Shown here: piece by piece, positions 57,470-64,000 of the stretch | How positions within the stretch are numbered: the stretch's first letter is position 1 | How the letters are laid out: each line of letters begins with the position of its first letter | Source: an uncultured Candidatus Poseidoniales archaeon | Lineage (GTDB): Archaea; Thermoplasmatota; Poseidoniia; Poseidoniales; Poseidoniaceae | DNA length: 64,000 nucleotides | Assembly: GCA_902563095.1 (NCBI GenBank) | Contig: CACEWA010000001.1 | Coordinates: forward strand, 104,614-168,613 | Reading direction: 5' to 3' | Notes under the pieces: generated by a model | What the model was told of the DNA's origin: nothing | The model's input: the letters and a program-made list of their open reading frames with translations, nothing else | Databases searched by the model: none | Program-made: the position numbers and the translations under genes

Positions 57470-60400
57470 TCATTCTTCCTCATCGAAAGAGAACTGATTA
57501 TTCTTACGAGAATTTGCAATGAAGAGTATAATTCCTGCTATGAAAACAGACAAAACCGACAGACCAAGCAGTGTTGCTTGTGAATTAGCGCCATCATCTA
57601 CCCTAACCTGAACATTTGAAATTGGGACCGGAGTTAACTCTTGGCCGTCTAATTGTAAACGCAATCCAAGGTCGCCCTCTTGCCAAGCCTCAACTTCGAA
57701 GGTGTGGATAAATTCCATGTTCACTAATAATGTGAAATTGACCCGCTCTAATTCTTTCCCATCACCATCGATGAGAGTTAAATTTGAGTGGCCTTCAAGC
57801 AAACCAATGTTCTGAACTCTACATTGTATGAATATTATATCCCCTACATCTGGACGATAAGGAGTAGTGACGATTTCCTGTAATTCTGGCTCATATGCAA
57901 TCCAGCGAATTATCGTTTCAATCGGTTCGACATTGCTTGTTCCTGTGCCAACTATTTCGCGACCTGAAGCATCTGAACCCTCAAACCAAACCATCAAGAA
58001 ATCGCCCTTTTGTAAATCTGAAGATGTATTCAGATCTATGAACGCTGAATACAGATTAGACCTCACACTCTGGAATTCTACTGGAATAATTGCAGTTCCT
58101 TGTGAGTTTTCGACAATTCTTCCTTGGCGTACATAATTCCAATTCATTGTAAGCGGATTTGAATTTAGGCCGTGGTCATCAGTCATTGTTACCTTGATTT
58201 GTACTTGGTCTAACTCATCGGAATCAATCGTCACCAAATGACCGCTTGAAACTACAATTACAGGTGGACTATCATCGATTACTATGTCTATGTCATCTCC
58301 CGTTGTACTATGATTATACACGCTGCTTAACTCAACTAGCATTTTTATTTGCGTACCATACAAGGCTGAATCAAATACAATTCTGTTGATTGAGGTGCCA
58401 TCACTATTCAGAGAATTTGTTGATTGAGTGGAAGCATTGTTACCAATCAAATCGATCGAATATGTTGTACTGAATGGTAAATTTTCGGCAGGGATATCAT
58501 ATCCCATATGGAACGCTGTAACTTCGATATCGACAATGTCTTGGCCGTGGATATACGCTACTCCATCAATGAAATCGCCAAGAGGAGCGACCTTGTCTAC
58601 GGCATTGACTATGCGTAAATCTATGCCGCTATGAATCTCCCAGGAATGAACATCGATGGAGGTGAATAAGGCATCTAATGGTGCATTTTCGTCCCATAAA
58701 CTCAATGATGGTACATTTGTTATTCCTGCGAGGTCTTCATCCAAATCCCATCGCAGTTCAAAATCAAAGTAAACATCCCAAGTATTTGCTTGCCACCTTT
58801 GTACCGCTTGTATTGTTGGTGGTTTAATGAAACATCCAACATCGTGAACAATCTCTCCACTCCAAGGCATCCATTCTATCCAACACATGCCTTCGTCTTT
58901 GGAAAGAACGACTCTCATCATGTCAATAGATTCGATTCCATTTTCATCCGACACTGTGAAATTGAATCGATGAGTGTTTCCTGGTAACAAATTCCCATCG
59001 ATTATGTCGAGCCCAATCGATTCTCCATTAATCCATGTTGAATACCTAGGCTGAACATGTATGCGAGCATAGGGTTGTTCAGAGTCTCCTCCACCAATCA
59101 GAGAGTTACCAGCTAAATCAGTACCTGAAATGTAAACGTCGAGCCATCCAACTTCTTCTGTAGGCAATGGGACGCTAGTTTCATCGATTAAAGGCAAGTC
59201 GATTACAGCATATGTCGCGCCTATTGGTGTGAGGAAGTCGATAGATTCCCAACCTCTTCCACTCCTATTGTAGAACAATTCCATCTTCGCAGGAAGGCCA
59301 TTATCGTCCTCGATTTCCAACTGCAAAGGAATGTCCTGCCCTGGATGCCATATATGTCCATCCGCAGGCTGATTTCCTCCCGGTGCATCGATTTCTAGCG
59401 AAATTACTCCTGAATTTATCAAATCTAATACAATCCTAATTTCTTGAGAAATTGACGTTGAATCATTTGCTGTAGTTGTTTGAGAATCTCCAATATTCAC
59501 TAATTGTGGAACCAATTTCAACTCTGTGCCGCTCAAACCGGTATCGTTCGGTGTAGTTAGGGAAGCGTTGAATATACCATTGGAATTGATTGTTACCGAA
59601 GTACTGGTCAATACTTGTTCACCATCTAGCAACTCTAGAATCACATCAACATCCTCTGGCAGAGGGTTGATTCCATCTAATCCCGAATACCTCACTTCTC
59701 CAGAAACGACGATTTCTTTGTCACCCATTACATTCAACGGCCACAATGGATCAGAAAAATCGTGCAATGCTCTATTATCGGACCAAGCATTCAATGAAAT
59801 GACCTCAAGGTCGTTTACAGATGCTGCGTGCTGTGCGGAACCGGTTATTCCCATGACAGGCCCAAGTGTTATTCCATCAATGTTTGAAGCGGATGAGAAC
59901 CAATAAAGACGCGCATTATCATCAAGTAACCACTTGCCTTGAACAGACCAAGTGACATTTTGTCCATCCCATGTACTGTTCGCAGAATCTAAGGCAAGGA
60001 CTCCAGCTCCTGAATTCTGTAGGAATCTACCACCAGAGTCTAGATTATCAAGTGTCAACTCTGCTATTGTGTCCTCAATGTTTTGGCTTGTAGAAACCTT
60101 GAGTTTTACCGATTCTAATTCGGATGCATTTGCTAGAATTTCATGGCTCGATGTTGCCGACTGTATTAGACCTGGTCTGAAAGTTAGTTGTGGTAGTGAA
60201 ATCCATGTATCGATTATCGATTTCTCATGAGTTATCTCGCCATCAAAGATAATTCCGCCGACATCAGATGAAATCTTCACAGGCATAGTAGAGGTCATAT
60301 CTTGATTAGGAACAAATAATCCTCCAAGCGAAGTATTGATTGTAACCGTTTGCTCGAAACCTGAGATATAATTTATTGATAACAATTTGAAAGCAGTATC

Positions 60401-63400
60401 CTGATTGGTCGTGAAATGGAATTTGTATTCGGTCATGTAATGTGCAAACCCAGAATTTTGTATCCAAACATACTCCTCGGTAAAACTTGGATTTTGTGAG
60501 CCGTTTGTAATGAAATTTAGAGCACCGTTGTAACAATTAGACTGCTGTCCACAAGTCCAAACTTGTTGAGAAAGATTCCGCGCAGGAAGCAAAATTGAGA
60601 AATTCAGAGATTGAGAATAATTTGAGGAGAATCCAGATAGATTTGCGACAGACGTTTCAATACCGTCCACTACCAAGGAGTGAAGATTGCTAGTATGATG
60701 GAATCCTCCTTGCCACGCCCAATCAATAACACCGTCATTGCCTAAATCTATGCTCGGGTTTTTTGGTGCTAGCAAACCGATAGGCTCGATTTTTATCCAA
60801 TCAAATTCCTCTCCGCCTTGTATTCTTAATTCTAGAGTGGTTGCTTGTGCGGGCCCGAAACTATTCACCAAAACATTGCCGCAATCAGCCTCGTCAATTA
60901 CGCTTCCTTGAGCAGTTACGGGGACTGATGGGTAAACCAAAACAGGAATCCTGTCTGTAATCGAACTAATCCGTGCTGAAATATTACCGTCACATTCCAG
61001 TTTAACATCGCTGAATGGTTTCCAAGAGGGAGTTTCGATTTGTAAGATATATTCTGAGGAATTAGATGTCGCAAGGCTCGGTGTAGTGACCCAATTGGGC
61101 AAATTTGGGTCCATTCGCTGAAGCATTTCTAAATTGAAATATTCAGTGATTCCATGATGTAGAATTTTCACTCTGGGTGTTATTGTTTCATTGGCAGTTG
61201 ATAGATTAAGTCTGAACTTTAGTTGTGGATATTCCCAGGCTGCTATCTTCAAATCTAAAGGTAAGGACATGTTCTCATGCCCTTCAATGATGTTATTGTT
61301 TACATCTAATACATCCACACTAATTTGGGTCTCATCTGGTGATTCGTATAGCGAAGTCAATCTAGCCCAACCAGCATCATCAGCATCGACTACCGGGCTA
61401 GTCCAAGTTCCGTGTTCTCGGAATCTATCGATAATTATTCCAGCATCATCAATGTACCATCCATCTTCTTCCACGTATTGATCTGTGAAGAATGAAAACT
61501 TGACTCGAACTTCGTTGCCCGCAAGATGCGATATGTCGCCACTAACGCGACTGAATGTATGATTGGAATTCGATGTTCCGCATCCATTTGCTACGGTCGA
61601 GCCATCAAAGATTCCCAATCCAAAAAATGGTGAATTGACGTTGATTTGCGAAACTGTATCATAGAAACCACTGATATTATCTCCATAGTGTTGCCAAGAG
61701 AGCCCATCATCGATAGATGTGAAAATTGAGCCCCCGTCCCATGCAGCCTCTGTGCAAATCCAATGATTGAATGTTAATCTTGCAGTAGCACCATTCGGAA
61801 TATGGTATATTGGCGAAATTAGGTGAGTATAGACATTGTTCGAATATATTCCATCTAGATTGATGCCCATTCCTTTGTGACCACTTGGCCAAGATGTGGA
61901 GTTCGGACCATACCCGTTGCTATTGTCGATTGCCCCCCTCTCCCAAGAGGTAGCTCCGCGGATGTGGTCTACTCTCCAACCAGAAGGTAATCCTTGGACT
62001 GCCTCGAAGGAATCAAACTCTGACCATGGGCCATTGTGGCCTTCCCAATCGACATACTGCCAATCATTCGCATATCCTTGAACCGATTCTAATGTGTGAC
62101 TAGAATTGTCTGTGAAATTCTCAAGTAAGCGTGATTGCATATTTGGAGTGCCAACCGCTGAAACCACTCGTAAATCATCAATCATTATGCCTTCCCAGCC
62201 GTCTATTGCACTTCCGCCATGGTTGATTGAACCATCAGTGGTTACTCTGAATTTCAGTAAAGTGTTCGATGCATTTGCATGTCCTGCTGCCCAATGGGGG
62301 AAAGGATGCAATAATTCTCTCCAGCCATATGATTGTTGATTGTATGTAGTGCCTCCATATGGAATTCCATGGGCCGGTACACCGGGTAATGGGCTCATAA
62401 TCGTCCATGATGAGCCGTTGTCTTGAGATATCATGACAACCAAATTATCGTAGTTTCCACCTTGAATATCCCAATTCGCCCAATAATTCAACTCCAATGG
62501 AGCACTAAGTCCAGATACATTTACTGGAACAATTAGTGTTCCGTCGGCATGGACCGAATATTGGCCAGTTGCATTTCCATGAAACCATGCAGCCAACGGC
62601 TCACCCTCATTCGAAATATTGAATGAATCTATGAACAAACCTGCTGTTGGATTTGATTGATTCAGAGTTTTTACATAGAATCTAAAACCGATAGAAGAGG
62701 CACTCTGAACCAATGCGTCTAAGGAATAATCTTCAGTAATCCAATCCGAAGTTGTTCCTGACCAATTATCTAATGCTTGCCAATTCAAACCACTATCTAT
62801 CGAATAATGTAATTCTGCAATATCTCCAGAATCCATAGAATTCCAGCGATCAAATGTTAGATTGAAGTATCTAACAACATTAGGAATTTGCCAAAATTGC
62901 GACCTAATATATCCCTCGGAACCAGGAGGGATTGAACCATTGGTTCCTGCAGCGTAATCACCAGAAGTTGCATCTTTGGGGCCATATGTTACGTTTGATA
63001 AATTGACAGGCATCCAAAACTCATCGCCTTGAGAAGACCAAGAGGCAAACTGTAGTTTGCTTGTCTCAAAGTCGGTCATTTCACCATATGTTGAATTGGT
63101 TGCTAAGGTCAAATCTCCATTGGTTGTGAGATATGATGTTCCATTAACGCTACCTTGAGCAAATCCTGAAGAATCTCCAGACCACAAGGTTCCATTATCT
63201 TCGGCTTCAACCCATTTAGGTTCGATAGAGAACTCTGATGCTGTTATTGTAGAATTGGTTGGCATAGTGAAACCATCGTAAATTGAATTCGATGGATTAA
63301 GACCTGCATCATCTGGTGAATAAGTTGGACCCTGCCAAGTTGAAACATCTGCTGCAGCCCAGGGGGTTGACAGCATCAGAAACACAAGGATGCATGCTTG

Positions 63401-63466
63401 TCTAATTGGGTTCACCGCTGGTGAACCCAGCGTCAAATGGTTTGAAACTTCGTTTTGTTTGTTCAT
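57470..63466 (-). CDS. Giant (about 2000 aa) membrane-anchored surface glycoprotein with repeated jelly-roll (MAM / immune-inhibitor-A-like) and Ig/CARDB-like domains
   Basis: Signal peptide; three G.(F/M/Y)ID(S/D)-ending beta-sandwich modules with S.D.G.(N/S)W; many NxS/T sequons; C-terminal TM helix. True start may be the GTG near 63415. Confidence 0.8.
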   Translation of the reverse strand: MNKQNEVSNHLTLGSPAVNPIRQACILVFLMLSTPWAAADVSTWQGPTYSPDDAGLNPSNSIYDGFTMPTNSTITASEFSIEPKWVEAEDNGTLWSGDSSGFAQGSVNGTSYLTTNGDLTLATNSTYGEMTDFETSKLQFASWSSQGDEFWMPVNLSNVTYGPKDATSGDYAAGTNGSIPPGSEGYIRSQFWQIPNVVRYFNLTFDRWNSMDSGDIAELHYSIDSGLNWQALDNWSGTTSDWITEDYSLDALVQSASSIGFRFYVKTLNQSNPTAGLFIDSFNISNEGEPLAAWFHGNATGQYSVHADGTLIVPVNVSGLSAPLELNYWANWDIQGGNYDNLVVMISQDNGSSWTIMSPLPGVPAHGIPYGGTTYNQQSYGWRELLHPFPHWAAGHANASNTLLKFRVTTDGSINHGGSAIDGWEGIMIDDLRVVSAVGTPNMQSRLLENFTDNSSHTLESVQGYANDWQYVDWEGHNGPWSEFDSFEAVQGLPSGWRVDHIRGATSWERGAIDNSNGYGPNSTSWPSGHKGMGINLDGIYSNNVYTHLISPIYHIPNGATARLTFNHWICTEAAWDGGSIFTSIDDGLSWQHYGDNISGFYDTVSQINVNSPFFGLGIFDGSTVANGCGTSNSNHTFSRVSGDISHLAGNEVRVKFSFFTDQYVEEDGWYIDDAGIIIDRFREHGTWTSPVVDADDAGWARLTSLYESPDETQISVDVLDVNNNIIEGHENMSLPLDLKIAAWEYPQLKFRLNLSTANETITPRVKILHHGITEYFNLEMLQRMDPNLPNWVTTPSLATSNSSEYILQIETPSWKPFSDVKLECDGNISARISSITDRIPVLVYPSVPVTAQGSVIDEADCGNVLVNSFGPAQATTLELRIQGGEEFDWIKIEPIGLLAPKNPSIDLGNDGVIDWAWQGGFHHTSNLHSLVVDGIETSVANLSGFSSNYSQSLNFSILLPARNLSQQVWTCGQQSNCYNGALNFITNGSQNPSFTEEYVWIQNSGFAHYMTEYKFHFTTNQDTAFKLLSINYISGFEQTVTINTSLGGLFVPNQDMTSTMPVKISSDVGGIIFDGEITHEKSIIDTWISLPQLTFRPGLIQSATSSHEILANASELESVKLKVSTSQNIEDTIAELTLDNLDSGGRFLQNSGAGVLALDSANSTWDGQNVTWSVQGKWLLDDNARLYWFSSASNIDGITLGPVMGITGSAQHAASVNDLEVISLNAWSDNRALHDFSDPLWPLNVMGDKEIVVSGEVRYSGLDGINPLPEDVDVILELLDGEQVLTSTSVTINSNGIFNASLTTPNDTGLSGTELKLVPQLVNIGDSQTTTANDSTSISQEIRIVLDLINSGVISLEIDAPGGNQPADGHIWHPGQDIPLQLEIEDDNGLPAKMELFYNRSGRGWESIDFLTPIGATYAVIDLPLIDETSVPLPTEEVGWLDVYISGTDLAGNSLIGGGDSEQPYARIHVQPRYSTWINGESIGLDIIDGNLLPGNTHRFNFTVSDENGIESIDMMRVVLSKDEGMCWIEWMPWSGEIVHDVGCFIKPPTIQAVQRWQANTWDVYFDFELRWDLDEDLAGITNVPSLSLWDENAPLDALFTSIDVHSWEIHSGIDLRIVNAVDKVAPLGDFIDGVAYIHGQDIVDIEVTAFHMGYDIPAENLPFSTTYSIDLIGNNASTQSTNSLNSDGTSINRIVFDSALYGTQIKMLVELSSVYNHSTTGDDIDIVIDDSPPVIVVSSGHLVTIDSDELDQVQIKVTMTDDHGLNSNPLTMNWNYVRQGRIVENSQGTAIIPVEFQSVRSNLYSAFIDLNTSSDLQKGDFLMVWFEGSDASGREIVGTGTSNVEPIETIIRWIAYEPELQEIVTTPYRPDVGDIIFIQCRVQNIGLLEGHSNLTLIDGDGKELERVNFTLLVNMEFIHTFEVEAWQEGDLGLRLQLDGQELTPVPISNVQVRVDDGANSQATLLGLSVLSVFIAGIILFIANSRKNNQFSFDEEE

Positions 63467-63513
63467 CGATTTCGCTGAAGGGTTGATAGGAGTCCCGCGC
63501 CACGAGGATAAGC

Positions 63514-64000
63514 ATGGCCGAGCGGACCTTCCTCAATCCATCTCAGGCCAAAGAGATTGAAGAACAGTTATTCTCGACTCTAAGACAACAAGCTGGAAGA
63601 AGCGTACCTATGCCTTTGCCGAGAAGTGATTTCTGGACTAAAGTAGGCCAACTGTTGGACACAATAGAAATGGAGATTCATGAAGTCTACAAAACTGTAG
63701 GCCCATCGCTAAAGATGCAAACCATGCAAAAGCGTCAAGCAAACATTAGACGCACTGCTTCAGAATTAGCAAGAAAAAGAATGGTTGCAATGCTACAACA
63801 TTCAGCGAGTATGACATTAAGGACAGAGGGTTTGCAAGGTCAAGATCTAGCGGCAATGGATTGGTCTAGACATGACCCTGCAGAGAGAGAATTCTATGCT
63901 AATGCAACTGAACAGTTGAACAAATTCAAGCAGTCGGTTAACTGGAATGCCATGCAAAGAGGAGTCGCTGCAGAAGGAGGCCTTGGTGAGCCAAAAATGG
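63514..64000 (+). CDS. Partial GINS complex subunit (Gins51-like A domain), runs off the window
   Basis: Hand translation MAERTFLNP...LRQQ...PMPLPRSDFWTKV..LL...NIRR...ELARKRM.AM...DPAEREFY...L.KFK matches the archaeal GINS helical-domain pattern. Confidence 0.6.
   Translation, partial: MAERTFLNPSQAKEIEEQLFSTLRQQAGRSVPMPLPRSDFWTKVGQLLDTIEMEIHEVYKTVGPSLKMQTMQKRQANIRRTASELARKRMVAMLQHSASMTLRTEGLQGQDLAAMDWSRHDPAEREFYANATEQLNKFKQSVNWNAMQRGVAAEGGLGEPKM

Overview
Gene-dense, mostly housekeeping segment of an archaeal chromosome. It most resembles Marine Group II Thermoplasmatota (Poseidoniales), inferred from the rpl7ae-rps28e-rpl24e-ndk-aIF5B operon, a thermosome together with DnaK, a bacterial-type ThrRS, a Thermoplasmata-type conserved hypothetical, and many large acidic membrane-anchored surface proteins. 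It holds about 45 CDS and three tRNAs (Gly-GCC, Ile-GAT, Leu-CAA). I see no CRISPR array, rRNA, integrase or transposase. The most notable observations are: (1) agmatinase followed by a fused pyruvoyl decarboxylase (SpeD fold)/deoxyhypusine-synthase-like gene, a possible two-gene polyamine or hypusine pathway; (2) a non-canonical TT[C/G]A[A/T]N box 29-30 nt upstream of at least 11 start codons, suggesting a variant TATA box and near-leaderless mRNAs; (3) five of six convergent CDS pairs abut with exactly 0 bp between stop codons; (4) an AT-rich intergenic region with repeated CAATTG palindromes upstream of a tandem PRC-barrel gene; (5) MoxR/ParA followed by an RHH protein and a degenerate PIN protein; (6) small accessory islets. 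All family calls come from motif recognition by eye, with no database searches.
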